Origin: an uncultured Gemmataceae bacterium
Lineage (GTDB): Bacteria > Planctomycetota > Planctomycetia > Gemmatales > Gemmataceae
Length of the DNA: 64,000 nt
NCBI GenBank assembly: GCA_963750165.1
Contig: CAVVPN010000003.1
Coordinates: 416,001 to 480,000, forward strand
Direction of reading: 5' to 3'
In this document: in pieces, positions 20,901 to 30,094 of the stretch
Layout: every line of letters begins with the position of its first letter
Numbering within the stretch: the stretch's first letter is position 1
The notes under the pieces: model-generated
The model's database searches: none
What the model saw: only the letters and a program-made list of their open reading frames with translations
Told to the model about the DNA's origin: nothing
Made by a program: the position numbers and the translations under genes

Positions 20901-21671
20901 GCGGAAGCCGAGCGCGTAGGTGTGCAGCTTCGAGCCGTCCGGCCGGCAGCGGAAGATGGCGCCGGTGCGCAGCACGTTGGCCCGGCTGCCATCGGAGCCC
21001 TCGACGAAGTTGTCGTCGTCGCCGCTGGTGACGTACAGCCAACCGTCGTTGCCGATCGTCAGGCCGGACACCTGATGATGATGGAAGCCGCAAAAACCCT
21101 GGGCGATGACCTCCTTCTTGCCGACGGGGCCGTCCGGTTTGGGCAGCGCGTAGCGGCGCACGGTCCCCTGGCCGGTCAGGTACAGCCAGCCGTTGTGGAT
21201 GAGGATGCTGGACGGCAGCTCATCTTCAAGGATCACCCTGGCCTTGTCATAGACGCCCTTGGCGGCGTTGTACTCCAGGATTTTGACGTGGTCCTTGACG
21301 GGCTTTTTCATGATGGCGACCTTTTTCTTGGTGCCATCCTTGTAGGTGAAAATGACGTAGGACTCGGGGAAGTTGACGCCCTGCGCGGGCAGCCATTCGA
21401 GGACGTACAGGGTGCCGTCGGGGCCGAAGGTCATGCCGACCGGGTTGGTCACGATAGGGTGGTCAGCGACGATCTCCATCTTGACGCCCGCGGGCGTGCG
21501 GTAGCCCTTGAGTCGTGGGTCGTATTTGCCCTGGTCGATGAATCGCAAACCCTCGGGCTGTGGCCTGGGCGGCGATTGTTGATAATTGAGATCGATTTTT
21601 TGCTGACCGGCGAGCGGCGCCAGGGTCAGGGCGAACAGTGCGGCCGTCAGGCCGGGAATGAACCACTTCAC
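17934..21671 (-). CDS. PVC-type membrane-bound-dehydrogenase-like protein (propeller + HEAT repeats + cytochrome c)
   Basis: Signal peptide, 'GFRNPY' and 'FRPCQMVLGPDGAMYVCDW' propeller motifs, HEAT repeats, haem motif CRTCH followed by 'VGPDL' and 'SLMP'. Confidence 0.9.
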   Translation of the reverse strand: MKWFIPGLTAALFALTLAPLAGQQKIDLNYQQSPPRPQPEGLRFIDQGKYDPRLKGYRTPAGVKMEIVADHPIVTNPVGMTFGPDGTLYVLEWLPAQGVNFPESYVIFTYKDGTKKKVAIMKKPVKDHVKILEYNAAKGVYDKARVILEDELPSSILIHNGWLYLTGQGTVRRYALPKPDGPVGKKEVIAQGFCGFHHHQVSGLTIGNDGWLYVTSGDDDNFVEGSDGSRANVLRTGAIFRCRPDGSKLHTYALGFRNPYRDVAFDTAFNMFHVDNDNEDGSKWTGCRLMHVPEGADFGWRLFIGARCCKPDFVRSAVAGELPGKMAPLLKTGRGSPAGLLIYNDTRFPEAFRGLLYYPDVFRRVVRAYQVTPRGASFVVTHEFEFIKSDDPLFRPCQMVLGPDGAMYVCDWRTDSGGAGKLWGDGQHGRIYRLTWEGTEQSPKLERRDLDSWEKITKLTDDDLLKAFARADFSDRQRAATEAVKRGEKLRPALLRLLKDEKQLDVARFAALGALQSMWDENVSKVVTKLLRDPGPDMRRLAADALALNARRGDKDVHEALVQNLNDTDKAARRAVFLAIGHVGATGAADALVNALTFDDGKDAYLRDGLVRAIENLGKAGMDKLLTLTDTGDERDLNKVVESFLTLRTRPAAQALPTLLKSYHLTPGQRAELLHSYVNYQLDPPLSVEPVIDYLKALPRPKEKPTTAKEKKMLADQIPVKLAGLAVLTSGATVAREKVETLMTELLDDAEPQVRIGATKVIGNTGFAKAAPQLIQRLADGERSAEERLAIVAALGALKSKAALPALKALVEDKGKTATLRQEALRALAATDASLAQKIAAPLLEDREAALQEQAVLVLGATPQGAQIVAEKFLAKKLPPAMLAQVADALRKHAGKNARLAQLLTEVTKGGLSVSLTPAAMPRLRELVRSQGNVLRGRELYLSHKALACRTCHQLEGVGGNVGPDLTRVWDTHSVDKVMEAILEPSKEIKEGYQSYTATTTGGQVYTGLKVSQNADAVVIREANGKDVRIAAKDLDTLVVSKKSLMPDDVVKHLTFGQFLDLVAFLKDRKSQEALRGMALDYWVVGPFPGDFTKKGAFDQPGPPEKDPSVKAEYEAGKGKKLAWQELQTDGTGHLKLGPLFGGADVKPPNASLYAQTFVYSPEPQTVQLYPGGPVPLRLWVNGKRVADFDGKPAPAAEQDLVKAVPLNAGWNRVLVRVVHSGAGRGLYLRFAGTGLRLSLHPEQK

Positions 21672-21909
21672 GCGCAGAACCTCCTTCGTTCGGGATCGCG
21701 GGCGGGGGTACTCTCAAGGGTAGCGTGCGGCATGGCGAGAGGGGAGGGGAAATCGCCGCGGATCTGCGCGGCGCAGCCGTTACATCCGGGCCGCCGCGCA
21801 CTGATCGGGACGGTTCCGGTCGAAGAGGACTCATTGCCGTGGGGCACCGCGGCCGAAAAGAGAGAAGCACGACCATTCTGCCTTGATCCGACCACCTGGA
21901 GAGACACCC

Positions 21910-22964
21910 ATGCTGCGGACGGCCTGCCTCGGGGCCCTGTTGCTGCTCACCCTGTCCGCCGGGCCGGCGGCGGCGAGCTGGCCCAGCGTCAACCTGAACC
22001 GGTTGAACAACCGTCTGGCCGGCCGGGTCATCGATCACACCAACAACCACGGCGCCGACCGCCGCATCTGGTCGCTCACGTTGCAGGATCGCCGCGCCCT
22101 GTATGTTTACCTGCCGCCCGGCTACGACCCCTGCAAGCGCTACCCGGCGCTGCTGTGGCTGCACGGCATCAACCAGGACGAGCAGGACTTCCTGCAGCGC
22201 GGCTGGATGGAGGCCTTCGACTCGGCCATCGCCTGCGGCCGGCTGCCGCCGACGATCATTGTCGTGCCGGACGGCTCCAAGCGCGGCCGCGGCACCCTGT
22301 TCGGCCCCAATCCGCTGTTCCTCAACAGCGACGTGGGGCCGTTTGAAGACTACCTCATCCGCGACATCTGGTGTTTCGTGCGCAGCCAGTACCCGATCCG
22401 GCCGGAGCGCGGGCGCACGTGGTCGGCGGGTTCTCCGGCGGCGGCGGGGCGGCATTCCGCATCGGCATCAAGTACCGGCCGGAGTTCGGCGTCGCCTTCG
22501 GCATGCTGCCGCCGCTCAACATCCGCTGGGTGGATTGCCACGGCCGCTACAGGGCACCTTTTGACCCGAACTGCTGGGGCTGGCGCACGGAACTCCGCAG
22601 CGGTCTGGAGCCGGTGGGGCGGTTTTACGGCATCGTGACCGTCCGGGTCAGGTCGTTGATCTTGCCGTTGTACGGCCGCGGGCCGGAGGCGATTGAGCAG
22701 CTGAGCCGCGAGAACCCCATCGAGATGCTGGACATGTACCGCGTGCGGCCGGGCGAGTTGGCGATGTACGCCGCCTACGGCGGCCGCGATCAATTCAATA
22801 TCAAGGCCCAGGTGGAGAGTTTTCTGTACCGGGCGCACGAACGCGGGCTGGCGGTGGGCGTCGGCTACGACCCGCGCGGCCGGCACGACTCCCCGACGGC
22901 ACTGCGGTTGCTGCCGGGGCTGATCGACTGGCTGGCGCCGCAGCTGGCGCCGTTCCGAGAATAA
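21910..22964 (+). CDS. secreted esterase (alpha/beta hydrolase); frameshift near 22412
   Basis: 'YVYLPPGY', 'LLWLHG'. The nucleophile elbow GFSGGG and 'GRHD' appear after a 1-nt shift in a G-run. Confidence 0.8.
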
Positions 22965-23064
22965 GGAGGCGCCGAACAACAACTTCCAAGAGTAGGACGG
23001 CTCTCCAGAGCCGTCGGGACGGCTCTGGAGAGCCGTCCTACGAAGTTGTTGTTCGGCGCCTCCT
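22964..23064. repeat. REPIN-like element: two inverted GTAGGACGGCTCTCCAGAGCCGTC REPs inside 23-bp outer arms
   Basis: Outer arms 22964-22986 and 23042-23064; REP copies 22992-23015 and 23018-23041. A second copy of the core lies at 48959-49017. Confidence 0.9.
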
Positions 23065-23067
23065 AAG

Positions 23068-23148
23068 AATCCACAGATGGCACAGATAACACAGATAAAG
23101 ATAAATAAAGCAATTTGAATTTATCTTTATCTGTGCCATCTGTGGATT
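23068..23148. repeat. CACAGAT-unit inverted repeat
   Basis: aatccacagatggcacagat...atctgtgccatctgtggatt. The same family occurs at 61789-61885. Confidence 0.85.
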
Positions 23149-23150
23149 GA

Positions 23151-25027
23151 TTATTTGATGGGTCGCCACACCGGCAGGCTGACGTGCGACGGGAACTGCG
23201 GCGCCCGGAAGACGCGCTGCCGGGCTGGCTGGAAGTCGGTGTCGCGCCCGCGAAGATGTTGGGCACGTACTTCTGCGGGTTGCGGTCGATCAACGGGAAC
23301 CAGGTACTGCACACCTGCACCATGATCCGGTGCCCCTTGCGGAAGCAGTGATGGCTCCAGTGCAGGTCAATCGTGTACTCGGTCACCTGGTTGGGCACCA
23401 CCGGCTCGGGCTTTTCGAAGCTCTTGCGGAACCGTGCCCGGAACACCTCGTTGCTGACCATTAATTGATAGCCGCTCATCGTCGGATCCTTCGCGTACTG
23501 CTCCGGGTACACGTCGATGACCTTGACGATCCAGTCGCAATCGCTGCCCGTGGTCGCGGCGAACAGGTGCGCGACGATGGGGCCGGCGACCGTCACGTCC
23601 TCCGCGAGCGGCTCCGTCTCCCAGCTGAGCACGTCCGGCCGGTTGTGGGCGAAGCGCTGGTCCTGCACCAGCCAGTCCGACCAGCCGGGGCCCTGGTAAG
23701 TCGCGATGATCGGCCGCGGGCGATACGGCACCGGTTTGGCCGGGTCCGAGATGTACGTGTCGAAGTTTTTCACCGGGCCGCCCGGCGGCGGGTCGAAGCC
23801 GGCCTTGCCGTCCGCCTGGAAATAGAGCTTGCGCGGCGTCAGACCCTGGCGCGGCGGCCAGCTGTCGTGGGCGACCCAGCGGTTGCTGCCGGTCTGGAAC
23901 ATCAGCGCCTCGGGCTGCTTCAACTCGCCCTTGTCCTTCAGGTAGTGCGCGAACCACTTCGCCTGCACCTGGTCGCGGAAGTAGGTGCCGGTGTCGCTGT
24001 CGAAGGCGATGCGGCCCAGGAAGCGGCCGGGGCCGCCTGACCAGCCGCCGTGATTCCACGGGCCGACCACCAGGAAATTCTTGTTCGGTTTGTCGTGCTT
24101 CTCCAGCGTCTCGTAGACCTTCAACGGCCCGTAAAAATCCTCCTGGTCCCACCAGCCCGCGACGTTCAGCGTCGGCACCGTCACCTTCGTCAGATACGGG
24201 GCCGCCGCCTGCTTTTGCCAGAATCGGTCGTAGTTCGGGTGGGCCACGTAGTCATTCCACGTCGGCAGTTTGCCCTTGAGCACCCGGGCGTTGACGTTGG
24301 CCAGCGAACCGAGTCGCAGATACCACTCGTAGGTGTCACGGCGGTCGAACTTGAACAGGGTGCTAACCTTGTTGGTCTCCATCATGGCGGCGTACTCGAA
24401 GCCGTAGCTCAGGCGGAAGGCGCCGTTGTGGTGGAAGTCGTCGCCGAGGAACATGTCGGCAGGCGGCGCCTGCGGCGAGACGGCCTTGAGCGCCGGGTGC
24501 GGCTCCAGCGCCGCCATCACCGTCAGCCAGCCGGGGTACGAGATGCCGAGCATGCCGGCGCGGCCGTTGTTGTTCGGCACATTCTTCACCACCCATTCCA
24601 GCGTGTCGTAAGCGTCGGTGCCCTCGTCGATGGCCTTCGGGTTCTTCCTGTCCGCGCACGGCGCCCGCATCATGACGAACTGACCCTCCGACTTGTAGCG
24701 GCCGCGGATGTCCTGGAAGACGAAGACGTAACCCTCCGTCGCCAGGGCTTTCAGGTAGGAGAGCAGTTGCCCGGCGCTACCGTCCGCGCTGTAGGGCGTG
24801 CGCTCCAGGATGATCGGCAACGGCTCCTTGGCGTCCTTGGGCGTCCAGACGGTCGTGTACAGCTTGACGCCGTCGCGCATGGGCACCATTGCGGAGGTCA
24901 CGGTGTAGCCCGCGAGGGTTTTGCCGGGCTGGGCGGCGGCGGGCACGGCGGGGGCCGGCGGCAGGCAGGGCACGACCGCGGCGAGGAGCAGGAACGACCA
25001 GATGGCGACGCGGGGGCTCGGTTTCAC
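23151..25027 (-). CDS. CocE/NonD-family (S15) serine hydrolase, alpha-amino-acid ester hydrolase / glutaryl-7-ACA acylase-like; frameshift near 23250
   Basis: 'PMRDGVKL', 'RTPY', 'QDIRGRYKSEG', GISYPG nucleophile, 'DDFHHNGAF', 'WWDQED', 'GPWNHG'. The corrected tail ...PSHVSLPVWRPIK stops at 23151. Confidence 0.88.
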
Positions 25028-25269
25028 GGTGGACTCCGGGGGTCGGGTAATTCGGTGAGCCAGGGCGGCCAGGGGAGAGCGGGCATTCGCCAGCGTAGCG
25101 GCGGGAGAGCGGAAGTCAATCGGCAAGCGCGATTCCACCTCGACCACGCCGCCGCCTGGCCTTGTGCGGGCACTCCCGATTCCGTAAGGAGATCGCGGCG
25201 CTAGCGGGGTCCACAGCCCAGACTGCCATGGTGGCGGCGGGCGCCCCGGCTCTGGCAGGAGGTTCGGCC

Positions 25270-26352
25270 ATGGGGTTCGCGCAGGTCAAGATGACGGCGG
25301 CAGTGTTGCTGCTGGTGGGGATCGGCGGCGGCAGGTTGGTCAGCTACCCGGCACTGGGACAGGGCATGACGGACGCCGGCGCGATGCCGGTGGTGAAGGA
25401 CGAATTATCCCGGAACATCACGCCGCTGCTCCCCGAGGATTATGAACCCTCGGAGCGCGATTATCCGGATCGGGCCGCCATGCTGCGGGCGCTGCCTCGC
25501 AATGACCCCGGCATTCCCGGGGTCTACGAAGTTTTGCGCGATGATTTCGAGTTCAGCGTGGAGTGCATCGTCAACAAACTGCACCCGCCGCGCTTCTACC
25601 CGCTGGTCGGCCCGGCGCGGCTGCGCAACCTGCACTACAAGTGCGTCGTCTGCTACACCGAAACTATCACGTACAGCTTCTTGTTCCCGTTCGAGGTCAA
25701 GCGGCGCCGCGCCGAGACGCTATACATCGACCGCGACTGCCTGCACCTCGTCGCCAACCCGCCAGCGCCGACCGAGACTCCGAAGGTCACACTGCCGCCT
25801 TACACCGTCGCCCCGCCGGACATTTTGCAGATTAACGCAACGGTCTGCCTGAAGAAGCATCCCGTCTTCGGGCCGCATCTGGTGCGGCCGGACGGCACCG
25901 TGAGCATCGGGGCCTACGGCGCGGCCTACGTCGCTGGGCTCACCCTGGACGAGGCCAAGCAGGCCATCGCCCGCGTCATTTACGCCCGGCTCAACCAGAA
26001 GAAAAAGACTCTGGAGGACGTGATTGCGGGCTTGAGCGTGGACGTGGCAGCCTACAACAGCAGCGTCTATTACGTCATCACGGATCGGGTCGGCTTCGGC
26101 GAGATCGTGGTGCGGTTGCCGATCACCGACGACGAGACGGTTTTGGACGCGGTCAGCAAGATCGACGGTGTGCCGGCGGTAGCGTCGAAGTGCCGCATCT
26201 GGGTGGCGCGGCGCGACCCCGACAATCACAAGGAAATCGTCCTGCCGGTGGACTGGCGGGCCATCACGCAGCGCGGCGTGACGGCCACCAACTACCAGCT
26301 GCTCCCCGGCGACCGGGTCTATCTGAAGATCGACAAGGCGACGGGAAGGTGA
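25270..26352 (+). CDS. polysaccharide export (Wza/Poly_export-like) protein with an extra N-terminal domain
   Basis: 'LPPYTVAPPDILQI', 'HLVRPDGTVSIG.YG', 'VAGLT', 'ETVLDA', 'TNYQLLPGDRVY'. Start uncertain (25228, 25270 or 25291). Confidence 0.8.
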   Translation: MGFAQVKMTAAVLLLVGIGGGRLVSYPALGQGMTDAGAMPVVKDELSRNITPLLPEDYEPSERDYPDRAAMLRALPRNDPGIPGVYEVLRDDFEFSVECIVNKLHPPRFYPLVGPARLRNLHYKCVVCYTETITYSFLFPFEVKRRRAETLYIDRDCLHLVANPPAPTETPKVTLPPYTVAPPDILQINATVCLKKHPVFGPHLVRPDGTVSIGAYGAAYVAGLTLDEAKQAIARVIYARLNQKKKTLEDVIAGLSVDVAAYNSSVYYVITDRVGFGEIVVRLPITDDETVLDAVSKIDGVPAVASKCRIWVARRDPDNHKEIVLPVDWRAITQRGVTATNYQLLPGDRVYLKIDKATGR

Positions 26353-26362
26353 AGCGCTAAGG

Positions 26363-26552
26363 GCGTTCGGAAGCAATGAACGCCGCCGAGCCGCGCACGG
26401 AGCGTACTCGCGGAGTAAGCGACCGCCCGCTTACTGCGCGAGTACGCTCCGTGCGCGGCTCGGACGAATCGTCTTGGTTTCCGAACGCACGAAGCCGCAA
26501 GCGGCAGAACAGCAATGAGGGCGCGTCATCCCCGTTCTGCCGCTTGCGGCTT
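26363..26552. repeat. two adjacent palindromic repeat elements between convergent genes
   Basis: ccgagccgcgcacggagcgtactcgcg...cgcgagtacgctccgtgcgcggctcgg (26386-26463) and aagccgcaagcggcagaac...gttctgccgcttgcggctt (26492-26552). Confidence 0.85.
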
Positions 26553-26575
26553 GGCGTTCTACCGCTCGCGAACGC

Positions 26576-27835
26576 TCAGGAGCCCGGGCCAGTGACGTTG
26601 AGCAATTCGAGGAAGTCGAAGTCCGTGTACGTTCCGCCCGACGCCACGTGGACGTTGGAGATGGTGCCGGTGTCCGCCTCGGCCTGGGTCGCCGTGGCCT
26701 CGGCCGCCGGCACGGACGACTGTTCGTTGACGTAACCGAACACCGACACGGTCACCGTGTAGGTGCCCGGCAGCACGTTGGCGAAGCTGTAATTGCCCGA
26801 ACCGTCCGTGATGGTCGAAACGTTCACCGTGTGGCCCGTGGAGTCCATACCCACCAGCGTCACGGTCGCCGAATCCACCCCGGACTCGTTGGCGTTGATG
26901 GTGTCGCTGCCATCGTCCTGGAAGACGTTGCCGGACAGCGTGGCCGGCACGACCGGCGGCGGCGCCTGGCCGCCGATGTCCTGGCTCAGCAGCCGGTCCT
27001 GGGCGGTGTAATTGAGGTCGCTGGGCGCCGGGCTGAGATTGGTGATCGGCGCGCCGACGACGAAGTCCACCTGGTAGAAGTTGTTCGGCATCTGGATCGA
27101 CAGCGTGTGCTGGCCCGGGCCGAACGTGTCGGTCGCGACCGTGGTGAGGACCGGGTTGTTCGCGTAGGGGCCGACGGCCCTGGGGTTCGCCGGGGGGGAA
27201 GTTGTGTAGGCGACCAGCGACAGCGTCACGTTGGCCCCATGGGCCACTGTGAAGTGGGCCGTCACCGTGTCGCCGGCCTTGGTGTTGCCCCTGAGGTTGC
27301 CGTAGGTGTGCGTGCCACTGGCGTCCGTGACCGTGAAGCTCACCCTGGTCACGGCCTGGCGATTCAGCAGGTTGAAGTTGGCAAAATCATTGCCGGTGAC
27401 GCTCTGGCCCTGGGTCAGGTTGTCGGCGTAGCCCGGCGTCGAGGCGGGCATGGTGCGCACGGAGTTGAACGACGCGAACTCACGCACGAAATACGTGCCC
27501 GGGGCCAGGCCGTTGAAACTGTAGGCGCCGGTGGCGTCGGTAGTCTTCGCGGCCATCAGGCGGTCGCCGCCGTCCAGCACGCCGTCATGGTTGGTGTCCG
27601 CGACCAGGAACACCGGGACGCCACTCTCGCCGGCGCCCAGCGAGGCGGCGCCGTTGCCCGTCGTATCGACGAACACGTGGCCGCTGATGCTGCCGGTGGC
27701 CGGCGCGACGATGTTGGCCGGCACGCGCCGCTCCTCCAGGTTTTCCACGACCGGGCGGAAGGCGGACTTTTTGCTCACCGGGGCGTCAGTCTTTCCCCAC
27801 AGGCGGGCCAGAAGGGTTCCGAAAACGCGAGACAT
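26576..27835 (-). CDS. extracellular SdrD-B/Cna-like repeat protein, paralogue 1
   Basis: Leader 'FRPVVENLEERRVPA', SdrD-B-like motifs 'ISGHVFVD..GNG...GESGV.V.L' and 'TTDATGAYSFNGLAPGTY'. Ends FLE...TGPGS. Confidence 0.85.
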   Translation of the reverse strand: MSRVFGTLLARLWGKTDAPVSKKSAFRPVVENLEERRVPANIVAPATGSISGHVFVDTTGNGAASLGAGESGVPVFLVADTNHDGVLDGGDRLMAAKTTDATGAYSFNGLAPGTYFVREFASFNSVRTMPASTPGYADNLTQGQSVTGNDFANFNLLNRQAVTRVSFTVTDASGTHTYGNLRGNTKAGDTVTAHFTVAHGANVTLSLVAYTTSPPANPRAVGPYANNPVLTTVATDTFGPGQHTLSIQMPNNFYQVDFVVGAPITNLSPAPSDLNYTAQDRLLSQDIGGQAPPPVVPATLSGNVFQDDGSDTINANESGVDSATVTLVGMDSTGHTVNVSTITDGSGNYSFANVLPGTYTVTVSVFGYVNEQSSVPAAEATATQAEADTGTISNVHVASGGTYTDFDFLELLNVTGPGS

Positions 27836-27880
27836 GATAAGGGCTCCTCTGTTGGTGATGTGAGGGGGCGGGCCGTTGTT

Positions 27881-27908
27881 AACGTAGCTTACGCATCTTG
27901 TTTGTCAA
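27881..27908 (-). promoter_or_regulatory. promoter TTGACA-N16-TACGTT upstream of paralogue 1
   Basis: Minus strand reads TTGACA aacaagatgcgtaagc TACGTT. Confidence 0.65.
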
Positions 27909-27937
27909 CTAACTTACTTATCCAGTTTGCCAAAATA

Positions 27938-28261
27938 CTAACGGCTTCTTCTGGCAAATGAACCCGGTACCTGCCCCGAGCAGTTACCGAGGTTGGTTCG
28001 GAGCACGGCCCCGAATGTCACGAGCACGGTTGGGCGGCCGACGCCAGCAAGTAGCGGCTGACGGTGACCGGGTGCGCCGCTTGGGGTAGCGGAATGAATG
28101 ATGCCGACAAGGTTCGTGAAATCCCGGTCGCGGCCTCCGTCTGACGGCAACACGCTGCGGTTCGGGCGGTGCGCGCACCGAAAGGCGGGCCGCTTGCCCG
28201 CCAAAGCAGAGAGTTGATCGTTCTGCAGCCGCACCAGCAACGCTCGGACAATTCCGGACAT
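27938..28261 (-). pseudogene. remnant or leader-only fourth paralogue of the SdrD-like array
   Basis: MSGIVRALLVRLQNDQLSALAGKRPAFR matches the leaders of its neighbours (MSELMGTLLHRLQ..KKPAFRP). It has a GGAGAGG RBS and its own promoter; the rest is not homologous. Confidence 0.55.
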
Positions 28262-28344
28262 TGGCCTCTCCATGTGCTCCGCGGCCGGGCCTTAACACAC
28301 CGAACGGGTGGTGCGTTCACGGGGCCCGGTCTTAGGTCGAGGGA

Positions 28345-28372
28345 ATCGTAGCTTAACCTCCGCGCTTGTCAA
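28345..28372 (-). promoter_or_regulatory. promoter TTGACA-N16-TACGAT
   Basis: Minus strand reads tgttaactttt TTGACA agcgcggaggttaagc TACGAT. Confidence 0.65.
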
Positions 28373-28452
28373 AAAAGTTAACATCATGATTTTGCTGCTT
28401 TTATACAGGACCAAAGCGCCAACGTTCGTTTACTTTTTGCACCGAAATGCGA

Positions 28453-28484
28453 CGAACCCGACGCGCTGGCGCGTCGGGTTCGTG
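28453..28484 (-). terminator. probable terminator hairpin after paralogue 2
   Basis: acgaacccgacgcgc-tg-gcgcgtcgggttcgt, followed on the minus strand by a weak U-tract. Confidence 0.55.
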
Positions 28485-28535
28485 AATAGTTTCTCTGTCG
28501 AAATCATGTCGTGAGCGTCCGAGTCCCGCGGACGC

Positions 28536-29762
28536 TCACGAGCCAGGACCGGAGGGCGGCGCTTCCAGGAAATTAAACCCGGTGTCGGTGGCGCCCGCCG
28601 TCACGACGATGTTGGAAATGACGCCGTTGCCCGCCGTGCCGTTGCCCGGTGGCGCGGTCGCCTGCTCGTCGGTGCTGCCGGGCGCGGAGACGGTAAGCGT
28701 GTAGGTGCCCGCCGCCAGGTTGGTGAAACTGTAGCCGCCGTTGGCGTCCGTCGTGACCGTGAGGTTCACCGCATATCCCTGGGAGTCGGTGCCGGTCAAC
28801 GTTACCGTCGCCCCGGCGTATCCTGAGTCCCCGGCGTCCTGCACCCCGGTGCCGTTGCAGTCGTTGGTGACGGTGCCGGACAGCGAGGCCGTGGCCGGCG
28901 GCGCCACTGGCTGAGTGCCGCCGTTGTCCTGGCTCAGCAGCCGCCCCTGCGCGCTGTAGAACAGGTTGCTCCCCGCCGGACCGAACTGGGTGATCGCCGC
29001 GCCCACCACGAAATCCACCTCGTAATAGTTGCCGGGCAGCTGCGCAGTGAGGGTGTGTTGCCCAGGCCCGAACGTCTGCGTCATGGCCTGCGCGGCCACG
29101 TCCTGGCTGGCGGTACTGGTGTCGAAGGTCGGGCCGACGGTGTTGTAAGCGACCAGCGTGACGGTCGCGCTGCCGGCCTGTGCTGGGACGCTAAAGTTGG
29201 CGGTGATCGTGTTGCCCTGCTGGGTCTGGCTGTGCAGGTTGGTAACGGTGGTCTGGGTGCCGCTGGCGTTCGTGATCGTGTAGCTGACGCCGGTGACGGC
29301 GGACGTGTTCGGCTTCCGAAAGTTGGCGAAGTCCTCGCCGGTGACCGCCTGGCCGGCCGCCAGGTTGACCGTGTAGGAGGAATTCAGCAGCGGGACGGTG
29401 CGCACGTAGCCGTTCGGCACGCTCTCCTGGACGACATAGGAACCCGCGGGCAAACCGGCGAAGGTATAGGAACCATCCGTGCCGGTGACCGTTGTGGCCG
29501 CCGGCAGATCGAGGATGTTGAGCAGGCCCAGGACGCCGGTGTGCTCCTGGTAGAGCGACACTTGAGCGCCGGCCTGACCGGCGCCGAGCGCGGCGGCGCC
29601 GTTGCCGGTCGTGTCGAGGAAGACGTGGCCGCTGATGCTCGCCGGCACACGCCGGTCCTCCAAGCACTCCAGGGCAGGGCGGAAGCTGGACGGCTTGCGC
29701 GGCAGGCGGGTGGTAGACTTCCCCCACAGGCGGGTCAACAAACTGTTGACGGGACGGGACAT
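28536..29762 (-). CDS. extracellular SdrD-B/Cna-like repeat protein, paralogue 2
   Basis: Leader 'FRPALECLEDRRVPA' and the same three-domain layout. Ends FLEAPPSGPGS. Confidence 0.85.
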   Translation of the reverse strand: MSRPVNSLLTRLWGKSTTRLPRKPSSFRPALECLEDRRVPASISGHVFLDTTGNGAAALGAGQAGAQVSLYQEHTGVLGLLNILDLPAATTVTGTDGSYTFAGLPAGSYVVQESVPNGYVRTVPLLNSSYTVNLAAGQAVTGEDFANFRKPNTSAVTGVSYTITNASGTQTTVTNLHSQTQQGNTITANFSVPAQAGSATVTLVAYNTVGPTFDTSTASQDVAAQAMTQTFGPGQHTLTAQLPGNYYEVDFVVGAAITQFGPAGSNLFYSAQGRLLSQDNGGTQPVAPPATASLSGTVTNDCNGTGVQDAGDSGYAGATVTLTGTDSQGYAVNLTVTTDANGGYSFTNLAAGTYTLTVSAPGSTDEQATAPPGNGTAGNGVISNIVVTAGATDTGFNFLEAPPSGPGS

Positions 29763-30094
29763 CAAGGACTCCTGGGTTGAAAGAAGGTGAGTGGGTTGAA
29801 CTGAACCAAACAGTAGTGTGGTTGAAGGTGTGTGGCGGGTTGATCCGTTGGGGAACACACCTCGTGCGGTGGTCTCGGGCGGCGGCCCGAAGTTGTGAGA
29901 CCTCGGGGTCGCCCTCCTCAAGTCAAACGGCTTCGGCCGGGCTCACCCGCCAGATGAATTTTGCAGAAATGTGCGGAACGATCAGGCAGAAATGACGCGG
30001 GCCTGGCCGGCGGACACTCGGTTTCCCGAGCGCCCGTCGGCCAGGCCGTGATGCGACCACCAGCGGAGAACTGGTCAGCGCACTCCGCGAGCAC

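Noticed and set aside
27910..30094. c-di-GMP or other riboswitch in the long spacers of the surface-protein array
   Set aside because: Could not find the conserved GEMM motifs (GGCAAA...GAAA...GACGCAAA) by eye; an Rfam scan would be needed.
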